From positions 6,988 through 70,987 of the forward strand of contig VMFP01000004.1 of assembly GCA_007376145.1 (NCBI GenBank): a stretch of 64,000 nucleotides of DNA. The letters are read 5' to 3'. Below, piece after piece: positions 37,077-47,565 of the stretch; the first letter of the stretch is position 1; the number at the start of each line of letters is the position of its first letter. The notes beneath the pieces were generated by a model. It made no database searches. It was given only the letters and a program-made list of their open reading frames with translations, and was not told where the DNA came from. The DNA comes from Parcubacteria group bacterium Gr01-1014_38. GTDB lineage: Bacteria > Patescibacteriota > Andersenbacteria > UBA10190 > CAIZMI01. Made by a program: the position numbers and the translations under genes.

Positions 37077-38279
37077 CTAATCGGAAAGAAGATGTTCCAA
37101 CACAGTTACACGCATGTCCCACGTATGGCGCTTGGATTCTGCGATGCGGGCGTCCCTGCCTTCTGCGCCGCGCTCAAGCGCTTCTTGAATGCCGCGGGCG
37201 AACGCGTCCGCAGATGACGTGAGGGTCACAAGGTGGCGGTACGGCTCCAGCGACGGGAGACCAGACGCGACGATGGGTTTTCCGGCGGCGAGAAATTCCC
37301 AAAATTTGAGGGGAAAACTCGCGCGGTTATACGGGCTGTCGCGGTACGGAATGATCGCGACGTCAAACGCGTGCACGTAGCTTGGAACTTCCTCGCGCGG
37401 TTTTGGCCCGAGAAAGTGTACGTTCGAGAGCTGGCCAAGTTTTCGAACGCTTTCCGCGCCGCCGGTTCCGGAATAGTCTACTGGACCGATGAGGACGAAG
37501 TGCCACTCGGGGTGTTCACTGGCGATCTTCTGAAGCAATTCAACATCCACCTTATAGACATCGAGGGCTCCGACGGTCCCAATGCGCGGATGCGGAATGG
37601 CTGCAATATCGCGCGGCTCATGCGCGGGCCTTCCGGAAAACGCTTCAACGTCGGCGGCGTTGGGAACGAGCTGCACATTGCGATGAATTTTTGAGAATCG
37701 TTCAAGGAGTGGCGAAGTCGTCACGGAAATTACAGCCGCGCGCGCCGCAATCGCGCTCTCTTCTTTCTCAACGAGCGCCGAGTTTCTTTCTATCCCGGCT
37801 TGGACGCGATGATCATCCACACAGTCATAGACGACGCGAGACTTCGGAAAGTCATCGAGAAATTCTGCGGCTTCGGTGTCGTAGATCAAGAGGACCGGCT
37901 CTCGAAAACCGAGCTCCCACGCGTGCAAACGGACATGCCACGCATTCCACAGAACGTGATTCAGCCGTCCGACGAAGGGGATTCGGCGTGAACCGGGGAT
38001 GAGATTTGCTTGCGCCTGCACCCAGAGATTCGGCCGCACGCGCTGCGGCGCGACCTGGCGAAGAAGCCAGTGCCAGCCTCCGCCAAGGCTACGGCCGGTC
38101 TTCGACCAGCGGCCCCCGGGATACCGAAAGAGCATCCGAAGAAGAAACAGACGCGGTTCCACGTAGAGCACGCGCCAGCCGCGTTCGGCCAAACTCGTCG
38201 CAATGTGCTGGCGATTTGTCCAGAGCGGCGCGTCATAGAGCGCGCCGGCGAAGACGATGACGTCTTTCGAGTGATTCAT
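37077..38279 (-). CDS. glycosyltransferase family 4 (GT-B)
   Basis: C-terminal GT-B signature …FDVAIIPYRDSPYNRASFPLKFWEFLAAGKPIVAS…. Confidence 0.75.
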   Translation of the reverse strand: MNHSKDVIVFAGALYDAPLWTNRQHIATSLAERGWRVLYVEPRLFLLRMLFRYPGGRWSKTGRSLGGGWHWLLRQVAPQRVRPNLWVQAQANLIPGSRRIPFVGRLNHVLWNAWHVRLHAWELGFREPVLLIYDTEAAEFLDDFPKSRVVYDCVDDHRVQAGIERNSALVEKEESAIAARAAVISVTTSPLLERFSKIHRNVQLVPNAADVEAFSGRPAHEPRDIAAIPHPRIGTVGALDVYKVDVELLQKIASEHPEWHFVLIGPVDYSGTGGAESVRKLGQLSNVHFLGPKPREEVPSYVHAFDVAIIPYRDSPYNRASFPLKFWEFLAAGKPIVASGLPSLEPYRHLVTLTSSADAFARGIQEALERGAEGRDARIAESKRHTWDMRVTVLEHLLSD

Positions 38280-39703
38280 GCGGGGGAAACGAACAACCGC
38301 CGGGCGCGGTGGATCAGCACGGGAAACGCCACGACGACAATCCAGACCGCGATGCCCGCAAAGAGCGCGGCGCGCGCAGCGAGCGGTAGCGGAACAAACG
38401 CCGTCGCCGCCCCTGCCGCGATGACCGGAAGAAGCAAGGTGCGCGGGAAGAGCGAGAGGTGCATGCGGAAGGCAGAAATCCCAATTGCAGTCGCGAGCCC
38501 AACCAGAGCGCCAAGGAGCAGTCCAAGATTCGCAGCGCCTTCGGGCATCTGCCGAAGCGTAAGCATGACTCCAAGCGTCCCAACAGCCATCACGCCAAAT
38601 CCCGCGGCACGGAAGTTCGCACGACGCGCGGGAACAAACACCGTATTCGACGCGATATCCAGAAACGCAAACGCGGCGTAGGCCCAGGTCACAGCGGGAA
38701 TGAACCGGAGTGCCCCAAGATACTGCTGACCGGCGAGGATCGGCACCAGCTCGCGCGCGAACAGCACAAGGAAGAGACCACCGAGCAGCGTCACGGCACC
38801 TACGTCCTCGAGGGTACGCACCGCGAGGCGGCGGAATGCCTCACGGCTTTGGGCAAATGCTTTACTCAAGAACGCCAGGTTCACTTCACCAAGCGCCGCG
38901 GCGAGCAGCTGAAGCTTCGACCCAAAGGTTGTTGCCGCGGTGAACAGCCCGACAACCTCGGGACTCACCCACCGCCCGAGGAGGAGAATGGGCACGCGCT
39001 GCCAGACCACGGAAAGAATGCGCGCCACGTAGGTCCATGCCCCTGTATGAAGAATGTCAGCGAGTACGCCGCGGACCTCCGCCGGTGGCGGATGCGCGAG
39101 GGTCCCGCCGAGTGCCCGCCGCAGAAATAGGGCGAGGAGTGTACTAAAGATGAGCGCCGCCAGAATGACCGCCTCAAAGAATCCGTTCAGGTCTCGCCAC
39201 CAGACGAGCCCCGCAAAGATCGGCACGTTTACGACGGCCGTGATGAGTTGGAGAGCGTACAGCGTCCCGAAGGCGCGCTGCCCGGTGTACGCGCCGCCGA
39301 GAATCCCTTGCATGCCATGGAGGATGAGAATGAGGCTCATGAGACGCACCAAGTGCGGAATCTCGGGGAATGGGTAGAGCCGCGTGCCGATCCATGTTGC
39401 TGCGAGAGCGAGGAGCACCGAAATCGGCACCGTGATCAGGAGCCGAAACCACAGCGAGACCCAGAAGACCGCAGCTTTCCGCTGCGGCGTGTCGGCCACG
39501 GCGATTTCGCGGATCGCCGCATCCACCGCGCCGACGTGCTGCGAGACGCCGACGAGCGCGCCGAGGGAGATGACAATCCCAACAATTCCGTACGCTTCGG
39601 GACCGAGGAGCCGGAGGACAATCGCGGTTTGCACGATGCCGAGCGCCGCCGTCGCCACTTTGGTGAGAACCCCCCAAATTTGGACCGTCCGAATGTCAGT
39701 CAT
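38276..39703 (-). CDS. Wzx-like oligosaccharide flippase (MOP superfamily)
   Basis: About 14 predicted TM helices; N-terminal flippase-like segment. Confidence 0.75.
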   Translation of the reverse strand: MTDIRTVQIWGVLTKVATAALGIVQTAIVLRLLGPEAYGIVGIVISLGALVGVSQHVGAVDAAIREIAVADTPQRKAAVFWVSLWFRLLITVPISVLLALAATWIGTRLYPFPEIPHLVRLMSLILILHGMQGILGGAYTGQRAFGTLYALQLITAVVNVPIFAGLVWWRDLNGFFEAVILAALIFSTLLALFLRRALGGTLAHPPPAEVRGVLADILHTGAWTYVARILSVVWQRVPILLLGRWVSPEVVGLFTAATTFGSKLQLLAAALGEVNLAFLSKAFAQSREAFRRLAVRTLEDVGAVTLLGGLFLVLFARELVPILAGQQYLGALRFIPAVTWAYAAFAFLDIASNTVFVPARRANFRAAGFGVMAVGTLGVMLTLRQMPEGAANLGLLLGALVGLATAIGISAFRMHLSLFPRTLLLPVIAAGAATAFVPLPLAARAALFAGIAVWIVVVAFPVLIHRARRLFVSPA

Positions 39704-40866
39704 CGGGTCTGCTCTGTGAGCATCGCGTGAACCATTCCTTGAAACAAGAGTGCACGGCCTTTCCAGTGAAACTCCGTATCCGCGCGAGCACGCGCGGCTG
39801 CTCCGAGCCGGGCACGCCGTGCATCGTCGGTGAGAAGTTCTCGGAGAGCTCCCGCCGTCGCGTGCGCGTCCCCGGGAGCCACGAGGATTCCAGTCTTGCC
39901 ATCGAGTACCGCTTCTGGAATGCCACCGGTCCGACTGGCCACGGCCGGCTTTCCCATGGCTGCAGCCTCAATGTACACAATACCGAAACCCTCTCGGTCG
40001 TCCGGCAGGTCGAGTGGCGTGAGTGCGAACAAGTCGGCGACGGCGAGCGCGCGGCGCACGTTGTCATCTGATGCATTCCCTAACAGGGTGACTGCATCGC
40101 GCACACCGCGCTCGTTGATACGGTGTTCAAGCGCTTCTCGTTCCGGGCCCTCACCGACGAGGAAAAGGTGCACATTCGGAACGGCACGCCGGACCTCTGC
40201 GAGCGCATCCACGATAACGTGCACGCCTTTCCGCGGCACGAGACGCGTGACCGTCGCAATGACGCGCTTTCCGTCCAGCTGGTATCGAGCGCGGAAGGCT
40301 TCGAGCTCCGGCGGGACAGCAAAGTATTCTTCCCGCACCCCGGGGTAGAGTTTGACGAGACGCTCCTCGGCGACCCCAAGAGACTTTAGCAGAGCTTTCG
40401 TTTGGTCATTGATCACGACCACGCGTCCCGCCTTCCGCAGGACACTCTGGAGCTGCTGGCATGCGTGCGGGCTGCGGACCCACGTTTGAATCTCCATTGC
40501 GTACGTGCAAACCACAAACGGAATGCCGAACTCGACTTGAAGCTTTAGCGCTGCCCGTCCTTCAAAGAGCGCTTTCCCGCAGACGACCGCTTCGATACGC
40601 TCACGACGGGCCAACTCACGCACGGCCTGCCACGCTGGTCGCCACCGTGGGTACGCCCAGGCGCGCATCGGCGCGCGGACAATCCGATAGCGTCGGTGTG
40701 CATCCCACGCGCGGTCGCCGGGCTGTGGTGCAGCCACAACAGACGACTGCTGGGGAGGCAGTGCGCCCCAAATCCCAGAGAGATATGCCTGGATGCCGCC
40801 GACCGACGGCGAAAAGGTCTCGGTCAACAGCAGTAACCGGTGCGCAAACAAAGGTGAGGGGAACAA
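39700..40866 (-). CDS. glycosyltransferase family 4
   Basis: …REGFGIVYIEAAAMGKPAVASRTGGIPEAV… GT4 motif. Confidence 0.85.
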   Translation of the reverse strand: MFPSPLFAHRLLLLTETFSPSVGGIQAYLSGIWGALPPQQSSVVAAPQPGDRAWDAHRRYRIVRAPMRAWAYPRWRPAWQAVRELARRERIEAVVCGKALFEGRAALKLQVEFGIPFVVCTYAMEIQTWVRSPHACQQLQSVLRKAGRVVVINDQTKALLKSLGVAEERLVKLYPGVREEYFAVPPELEAFRARYQLDGKRVIATVTRLVPRKGVHVIVDALAEVRRAVPNVHLFLVGEGPEREALEHRINERGVRDAVTLLGNASDDNVRRALAVADLFALTPLDLPDDREGFGIVYIEAAAMGKPAVASRTGGIPEAVLDGKTGILVAPGDAHATAGALRELLTDDARRARLGAAARARADTEFHWKGRALLFQGMVHAMLTEQTR

Positions 40867-40932
40867 CGGGCCAGAAATTCCTGCGCAGCATACCGCGATT
40901 CCCGCCCGTTGGGAAGCCTCGCGAGGATGGAA

Positions 40933-42369
40933 CTAGTACGCTTTCTCGAGCTTCGCACCGGTGAAATAGTACGTAAGAATTTTTCGGTAATCCCAGTTGT
41001 CCTTGCGGGCGAAACCGACGGCGCCACGGCCACTTAAGCCGGTCCCGTGACCGACAAGCCGACTCCCGCCATGCGGATCATCCTTTTCTTGCAAGTACGG
41101 AAATCGCTTCGACCGCCAGACCTGTTCTCCGCTTCGCGTCCTTCCATCACTCTGCGAGAAGTAGAGCGACGCGATCGGTTTTCCGTCGTAGGTGAGAATG
41201 GCCCCTTTCGTTGAAATCGTCTGTTCCCGAAAGTCGGGAACACGTGCCTCGTAGTCCAACCCCGCGTACAGCTGATCGTTCGCGGTGTTTGTAATAACAA
41301 AGCCGTTGTGCGGCTGGCGGCCACCAGCATTGAGGTGGTAGAGCACGTACGTGCGCGCAAGGATTGCCAGCGCTTTGTGGAATTCCGGCGGGGCGGCATC
41401 GGTCGTTTCCGCAAGACCCCGGACATACTCTTCTGCTCGCACCTCATTGATCGCCCAGAGACCATCTCTCCGATCACTCACGCGCACTTCCAGGGTTCCC
41501 CGATAGCGATTGTACGGCCCGGACCCCGGAACGCCGCTTGGTTTTGACGTTTGCGATGCGAGCACCAGCGGTTCACCATCCATGCCGCCGAACTTCGGCG
41601 GACTCTCCAACTCGGTCGTGAAGCCGCCCGGGCCTTTCACGATATACGCATTCCCGCCCCACGAAACCGTGACGGTCTGCTCCGGGCCGTTGAAGATTTT
41701 CTTCTTCCCTTCCGGCAAGCGGATAAAAAACTTTCCTGCCCCGCTAACGCGCACGCCCTTGCCTTTCGCTTCCAGAAGACCGATACGAACAAGGGGCCCC
41801 GACTGGTGCCCCCCAAATCCGAGACCCTCATTGAATGCGATGCGTGTCGTGGTAGCGCTCTCACCGCGCGAGGCGCGCGCACAGAATTCTTCTTTCGTTC
41901 CCGACCCAACGGAAACTCCGCTGCTCTTGTGGAAACTCAGCGCACCGACCAGCGCTTTCTCTGTCGTGAGATCCTTACAGACGACGCGGTCCGTCCAGTA
42001 GCGTTTCTCTTTGTCGTTCGGCGCTCGGCTAAACACGCCCTGAAAGAGCTGCGGAACGCGACTCGCGAGTTGGTCGGAGGTCCCCTTTCCTGACCCGCTC
42101 GTCGCTTTTCCAGCGCTCTTTGCAAACCCCATGGCGCCGCGAAGTTCGGACTCAACCGGCTTGTCCTTCCGCCGACCTTCCCAGTATGCAAGCTCATCTT
42201 TGGTTGGCGCTCGACCAAAGACCTCGCGGAAGAGTTTTGCTACATCGGTGGCGGGTGCGGCAAATGCGAGAGACGCGGACAGCGCAAATCCCGCGACCGC
42301 CACCGCACCAACACCGAGAATGCCGAGTCTCCTCCGCACGTTCAGTCGCAGTATACGCCAGTCGAGCAT
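40933..42369 (-). CDS. SpoIID/LytB-domain protein with N-terminal signal/TM
   Basis: C-terminal SpoIID/LytB region (…NRYRGTLEVRV…EVRAEEYVRGLAETTDA…FSQSDGRTRSGEQVW…). Start at ATG 42369; the track shows a TTG at 42378. Confidence 0.8.
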   Translation of the reverse strand: MLDWRILRLNVRRRLGILGVGAVAVAGFALSASLAFAAPATDVAKLFREVFGRAPTKDELAYWEGRRKDKPVESELRGAMGFAKSAGKATSGSGKGTSDQLASRVPQLFQGVFSRAPNDKEKRYWTDRVVCKDLTTEKALVGALSFHKSSGVSVGSGTKEEFCARASRGESATTTRIAFNEGLGFGGHQSGPLVRIGLLEAKGKGVRVSGAGKFFIRLPEGKKKIFNGPEQTVTVSWGGNAYIVKGPGGFTTELESPPKFGGMDGEPLVLASQTSKPSGVPGSGPYNRYRGTLEVRVSDRRDGLWAINEVRAEEYVRGLAETTDAAPPEFHKALAILARTYVLYHLNAGGRQPHNGFVITNTANDQLYAGLDYEARVPDFREQTISTKGAILTYDGKPIASLYFSQSDGRTRSGEQVWRSKRFPYLQEKDDPHGGSRLVGHGTGLSGRGAVGFARKDNWDYRKILTYYFTGAKLEKAY

Positions 42370-42461
42370 CGTGGTCAAGAAAGAAAAAAAACGCGGGGGG
42401 GTACACCACGCAATAGACAGAGAGCCCCGCAGCTGCTATCGTACGCGCGCTGCGCAGATGA

Positions 42462-42595
42462 ATCCCGTTACATGTTTACCCGCCTCCCTGTCAGGCAGGA
42501 AACGTCCAGCCGGACGTTTCCTGCCCCTGCGCACAGAAAAGGCTTCGGACACCTGAGAGTCCCCTTTACTACCAACGTAAACATGTAACGGGATG
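42462..42595 (+). promoter_or_regulatory. structured 5' leader: 18-bp perfect inverted repeat enclosing a 14-bp GC hairpin, with the right arm overlapping the GT2 start codon
   Basis: ATCCCGTTACATGTTTAC (42462-42479) pairs perfectly with GTAAACATGTAACGGGAT (42577-42594), and the ATG is at 42593. Inner hairpin 42494-42525 (GGCAGGAAACGTCC-AGCC-GGACGTTTCCTGCC). Confidence 0.5.
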
Positions 42596-43579
42596 AAGCT
42601 CGTCATTCTCATCCCCGCGTTGAACGAGGCCGCGACGATCGCGCACGTCATTCAGGAGATTCCGAAGAGCTTCCTCGACATCGCGGGTCACGAAGTCGTG
42701 GTGATTGATGATGGGTCAACAGACACGACGGTGACAGAAGCGCGCGCGGCCGGCGCCACCGTCATCTCCCACGGAGCGAATCGCGGCGTCGGCGTGGCCT
42801 TCCGCACCGGGCTCACGGAAGCGCTCAAGCGCGGTGCGGACGTCATGGTCCATGTCGATGCGGATGGGCAATTCAACCCCGCAGATATTCCCGCGCTGCT
42901 CCAACCGCTCGTTGAGCACCGCGCAGACATCACGACGTGCACGCGGTTCAAGCGCCCGGAACTGCAGCCGACCATGCCGCCGATCAAGGTGTGGGGCAAC
43001 CGCATGGTCACGCGCATCGTGAATGCTGCAACCGGACAGCGCTTCACCGACGTGTCGTGCGGCTATCGCGCACTGACCCGCGAGGCTGCACTTCGCCTCA
43101 CGCTGTTTGGCCGCTTCACCTACACGCAGGAGATGTTTCTTGACGCGGCGCAGAAAGACTTGCGCATAGTCGAAGTGCCACTCCGCGTCCGCGGAGAGCG
43201 GGAAGTGGGAAGATCCCGCGTCTACACCAATGCGTGGAACTACGCCGTGCGCAGTGCCGCCATCCTCTTTCGCGCGGTGCGTGATACCAGTCCACTGCAG
43301 GTGTTTGGATTCGTTGCAGTGATCCTTGGCGGCCTCGGGATCCTCTCCGGCGGATTCGTCTTCACCCATTGGCTCCGGACAGGGCAGACCTTCCCCTACC
43401 GCTCGATGGTGACGCTGGCATCCGTCCTCGTCCTCTTGAGCGCCTTCTTCGCGACGATCGCGCTCCTCGCCGACATGCTCCGCCGGCAGCGGAAAATCCT
43501 TGAGGAGATGCTCTACTACGCCCGCCGCGAGTTCTTCGATCGGCACCGGACTCCGCCGCCCCCGCCCGCATCCTCCTGA
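42593..43579 (+). CDS. GT2 polyprenyl-phosphate hexosyltransferase (DPM1/GtrB-like) with C-terminal TM helices
   Basis: MKLVILIPALNEAATI…VVVIDDGSTDTT… and two C-terminal TM segments. Confidence 0.85.
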   Translation: MKLVILIPALNEAATIAHVIQEIPKSFLDIAGHEVVVIDDGSTDTTVTEARAAGATVISHGANRGVGVAFRTGLTEALKRGADVMVHVDADGQFNPADIPALLQPLVEHRADITTCTRFKRPELQPTMPPIKVWGNRMVTRIVNAATGQRFTDVSCGYRALTREAALRLTLFGRFTYTQEMFLDAAQKDLRIVEVPLRVRGEREVGRSRVYTNAWNYAVRSAAILFRAVRDTSPLQVFGFVAVILGGLGILSGGFVFTHWLRTGQTFPYRSMVTLASVLVLLSAFFATIALLADMLRRQRKILEEMLYYARREFFDRHRTPPPPPASS

Positions 43580-43606
43580 CGCCTCGTTGGACCAAGTCTT
43601 GGTGCT

Positions 43607-44680
43607 GTGGCAACCCCTTCAATCCTTTTTGTCACCCGAGCTTTCCCTCCCGTGGTCGGGGGCATGGAGAACCTAAGTGCAGAGTTCGTTGCCGCAGTCA
43701 GTCGAAAAACGCGAACCCGGCTCATCGCCAATCGGCACGGGAAGAAAGCGCTGCCGTGGTTTCTGCCGTGGGCAGCGTTCCAGATGACTCGCATGGCGCC
43801 GCAGGCAGACGTGATTCACCTCGGCGATCCGCTCCTCACCCTTCTCCTCCTCGCACGCCTTGGTCTCCAGAAACCGGTCACGGTGACCGTGCACGGACTG
43901 GACGTGCTCTACCCCTCCCCGCTCTACCAAGCGCTGCTCCGCCGCTCCTTCCCGCGCGTGAGCCTCGCGTTCTGCATTAGCCACTTCGTCGAACAGCGCG
44001 TGCGGGAGCGGTTCCCAGCAGTGAAAACCACCGTTCTCTCCCCCGGGCAGAGAGGCTCGTGTGCGGTTCCCGGCGCGACGAGAGCTGGCCTCGCCCGCGC
44101 CCTTGAGCGCTCCATCCCCACCGGTCCGCTCCTCCTCGCCATTGCTCGCCTCGTGCGACGGAAGGGACTCGCCTGGTTTGTCGAACGGGTTCTCCCGCAG
44201 GTCCCGAGCGCGATGCTCCTCATTATCGGGGATGGTCCGGAAAGACAGAGAATCGCCGAGTCGGCGCGACGGGCAGGCGTGCCCGAACGGGTTCTCCTGG
44301 CGGGTACCGTCCCGCGCGAGACGCTGAACATGGCGTACACGGTTTCTGATCTCCTCGTGATGCCGAATATTCCCGTCCCTGGTGACGCGGAAGGATTTGG
44401 CCTCGTGGCGCTCGAGGCCGCATCGGCGGGGCTTCCCGTAATCGCAGCCGACCTTGAAGGTATTCCCGACGCAGTTATTCCGAATGAGACGGGTATCCTC
44501 GTCCCGCCGCAGGACGCGACCGCCTGGGTTGCAGCGCTCACGCGCCTCCTCCGGGACTCGATGACCCGCCAGCAGTTGGCGAACCGCGCCCCGAAAGCCA
44601 TCCGCGAACGCTTCTCGTGGGAACAGCGCGGAGATGTCATCCTGGAAACGTTTACGCGTCTCTCCCGCCATAGACCTTGA
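43607..44680 (+). CDS. glycosyltransferase family 4
   Basis: …AEGFGLVALEAASAGLPVIAADLEGIPDAV…. Confidence 0.85.
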   Translation: MATPSILFVTRAFPPVVGGMENLSAEFVAAVSRKTRTRLIANRHGKKALPWFLPWAAFQMTRMAPQADVIHLGDPLLTLLLLARLGLQKPVTVTVHGLDVLYPSPLYQALLRRSFPRVSLAFCISHFVEQRVRERFPAVKTTVLSPGQRGSCAVPGATRAGLARALERSIPTGPLLLAIARLVRRKGLAWFVERVLPQVPSAMLLIIGDGPERQRIAESARRAGVPERVLLAGTVPRETLNMAYTVSDLLVMPNIPVPGDAEGFGLVALEAASAGLPVIAADLEGIPDAVIPNETGILVPPQDATAWVAALTRLLRDSMTRQQLANRAPKAIRERFSWEQRGDVILETFTRLSRHRP

Positions 44681-44905
44681 CATGGTTCGTGACGAAGACA
44701 CAGACTGTGGGTGTTTGAGAGGCACTCGTTCGCTCTTTCACAAAGTTCGTTAAAGTCCCTGGAACGTGGATAAACCGTGCTGGCGAGTTTGTGCGCAGCT
44801 GGTACACCACTGTGCGCACCACCATGCGGTCTATGGTGCTCGCTGGCACGGCCTTTTCTCTTCACTCGGTGGAACCCCACCGAGTTTTTCTACTTTCACG
44901 AAATG

Positions 44906-46780
44906 TTATTCAGCGGGCGGAAGGACTCGAATGCTCACCGGCCCGGACATGAAGAGAGAAGTACCGGCCCGGGGGCAGCGGGAAGTCTCCGGCCCGCAGA
45001 AGAGGTACGCCGCTCTCGGAGGAACACTCTCTCCGCTGTGAAAAAGATTCTGGACAGCCGCGAGCACCGTATCGTCCGGTGAGAGCCAGTACTCGCTCCG
45101 AACTTGGGCCCGGCCAGTAAACGCCGGGAGGGAAAGCGGCGCAACGTCTCGGTTCTTGAACACGCTCTCTGGCGCTCGGAGAAAGATACTCTCGGAAGGA
45201 GTGTGAGCTCGAATCCAGGCGAAGGCGGCGAGTTCATCCGCGGACACGACATGCGGTGGCTTCCACACAAGGATGTCGAGCGTCCCAAGCACCGACGCGG
45301 CGACAGGAAGAAGGAGAGCAAGCACCGTGAACGCTCCACCGCCCCACAGGACTACATGCTCCGCAACAGTGTGCTCCACGTGGCGCACCTGCCGCCACCA
45401 CCAATCGGCAACCCGCTGCACGACAGGAATCACGGCTGGCCACCCGAGGAGCGCAAGGAGAAACAGGAACCTCGGCGAATTCTCCGCAATGATGTCGCGT
45501 CCCGAAAAGACCAAGGTGGCGATGCCAAGCACTGGCAGGAGAACTGCGGCTGTGAGAAGACTCGGCGCGCGGTGCAGCCAGGCCGTATCCCAGAGCGCCC
45601 AGAGCACCACGAGCGCGGGAAGTGCGGCCGTGAGGAACTGCGGGACGGCCGTGTAGGCGACGTTCACGGTTCCAAGCGCGCCGGCGCCGGGCGGAAACAG
45701 GAAAAAGAGCGCCGCGAGAATTGCCGACCCAACGAGTCCCGAAAGACGATCCCGCAGCGACCAGCCCCGATTAAAGAATTGAAGGAGGTTTGACCCGATG
45801 GCGAGCGCAATCGCCGCGGTCCCGAGCACCGCGTTGCTAAAGAGGAGCACAATTGCCAGTGTCCCGACCCCGAAACGGAGTACGCGGCGTTCAACCGTCC
45901 GCTCGCTCTGATCGCGGAGAACAAGGAGAAGAATACAAAGGAAGAAGAGCCCGGTAAGAAAGGTGTGCGACTGCGGGTAGATGAAGCCCTCCCAGGTGGA
46001 GCCAAACGCCGCAAGCAAGAGCAGCGCCGACCAGAACGGAATCTTCTCCCGCCGCAGGAAGAACTGCGTTGAGAGCACGCTCACGGCAACCGTGCCGGCG
46101 ATCACGGGAATGATGAGCCACCAGGCGACGCGCGTGATATCACCACCCGTGGTGTCGAGGAGATCGGCGAGCGCACGATGGAGCAGTGTTGGGTACTCCA
46201 GCGGCCCGTTGCCCGCAAACGGATTCTCACGGAGGAGCATCGCTCCCTCCCGTGCGCCCGAAGCGTTCGTGAGCGCAAAGAGCGTCATGGTATCGCCGTT
46301 CACAAACCCGCGCGCGTGGAATGCTTCGCGACCGTCCGGCAGTCGAACGTAGCCGTTCCTCGCGTTGACCACGGCGATGCTGACCAGCACGGGGACGAAC
46401 GCCGCGACGAAGAGGAGTTCTCCGCGCGTGATGCCGCAAAGAACGCGCGACAGCTTCGTCCGCCAGAGCACGAGTGCCGACATACCGCCAAGGAGGATGC
46501 TCAGCGCAAGAAGGCAGAGGGAAAACGGCAAGCCTCCAAACACCGGCACTGCCGCGCGGAGGAGCGCCCCAAAGAGGAGCACCCCGACGCCGAAGACCAC
46601 GCTCGTTCCCATCCAGAGGAGCACGCTCATTTCGGGGATGAGGAGAAGCGCGAGAGCGGCCCCCACGCCCAGGAGAGCGGCGGTGACGGCCACGACGGGG
46701 TATCCCGTGCCGAACGCGAAACCCGCGATCGGAAGCCCGACCCCGACCACGAGCGCGAGCACCCAGGGAGAGAACCGCAT
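44906..46780 (-). CDS. polytopic membrane protein (putative GT-C-type glycosyltransferase/polymerase)
   Basis: 624 aa with more than 12 hydrophobic helices; sits within the glycan locus. Confidence 0.55.
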   Translation of the reverse strand: MRFSPWVLALVVGVGLPIAGFAFGTGYPVVAVTAALLGVGAALALLLIPEMSVLLWMGTSVVFGVGVLLFGALLRAAVPVFGGLPFSLCLLALSILLGGMSALVLWRTKLSRVLCGITRGELLFVAAFVPVLVSIAVVNARNGYVRLPDGREAFHARGFVNGDTMTLFALTNASGAREGAMLLRENPFAGNGPLEYPTLLHRALADLLDTTGGDITRVAWWLIIPVIAGTVAVSVLSTQFFLRREKIPFWSALLLLAAFGSTWEGFIYPQSHTFLTGLFFLCILLLVLRDQSERTVERRVLRFGVGTLAIVLLFSNAVLGTAAIALAIGSNLLQFFNRGWSLRDRLSGLVGSAILAALFFLFPPGAGALGTVNVAYTAVPQFLTAALPALVVLWALWDTAWLHRAPSLLTAAVLLPVLGIATLVFSGRDIIAENSPRFLFLLALLGWPAVIPVVQRVADWWWRQVRHVEHTVAEHVVLWGGGAFTVLALLLPVAASVLGTLDILVWKPPHVVSADELAAFAWIRAHTPSESIFLRAPESVFKNRDVAPLSLPAFTGRAQVRSEYWLSPDDTVLAAVQNLFHSGESVPPRAAYLFCGPETSRCPRAGTSLFMSGPVSIRVLPPAE

Positions 46781-46797
46781 CTGCGCTCATCCTACGA

Positions 46798-47562
46798 GTG
46801 CTCCATGGTATCTTGCAAAAAAGAAACACCCATGGTTTCTTTATCCCTCCAAGTCTCCGCGTGACGGTTTCGCTGGTCATCCCCGCCTATAACGAAGAGG
46901 GACGTCTGCCGACGTTCCTGGAAGAACTCGTCACGTTTGGCCGAAAGGCACCGGGCGTATTGAGGGAAGTCCTCGTGGTGGACGATGGCTCCACGGACCG
47001 TACCGCGGCGGTCGCGCGCATGTTTGCGGACCTTCTCCCTCTCCGTGTCATCCGCGTACCCGAAAACCGCGGCAAGGGTGCAGCAGTGCGGACGGGTGTC
47101 TTCGAAAGTCACGGAGAGGTGGTGGTCTTCGGAGATGCCGACGGGGCGACCGCGCCCGCAGAACTCCCGAAGCTCCTCGCCGCGCTCGAACGGGCGCCTA
47201 TTGCGGTTGGGAACCGGTGGATGCCGGGGAGCCGCGTGGAAGGACGAGAGCCGTTTCGTGCACTCAGCGGATGGATGTACCGGACGTACGTGAGCCTCTT
47301 CGGACTCCGCGACATCGATACCATGTGCGGCTTCAAAGGGTTCCGGCGCGACGTCGCCCGGACACTCTTCGAACCGCTCCGAGAAGAACGGTGGCTCTTC
47401 GACACGGAAATCATGCTTCGTGCTCGTCGCCGCGGCTACGCCATTGCGAACGTTTCCATTCACTGGACCTCAAAGCACGGGTCGAAACTCAAGCTCCCGG
47501 CTCTGATCCGCGCCGTCTTTCAGATCCCGTTCCTCGCCGCGCGTGTTGCTTCCGAGCGGTAA
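46798..47562 (+). CDS. GT2 dolichyl/polyprenyl-phosphate glycosyltransferase-like
   Basis: …VSLVIPAYNEEGRL…VLVVDDGSTDRT… Start is uncertain (GTG near 46861 is possible). Confidence 0.8.
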   Translation: MLHGILQKRNTHGFFIPPSLRVTVSLVIPAYNEEGRLPTFLEELVTFGRKAPGVLREVLVVDDGSTDRTAAVARMFADLLPLRVIRVPENRGKGAAVRTGVFESHGEVVVFGDADGATAPAELPKLLAALERAPIAVGNRWMPGSRVEGREPFRALSGWMYRTYVSLFGLRDIDTMCGFKGFRRDVARTLFEPLREERWLFDTEIMLRARRRGYAIANVSIHWTSKHGSKLKLPALIRAVFQIPFLAARVASER

Positions 47563-47565
47563 CGT

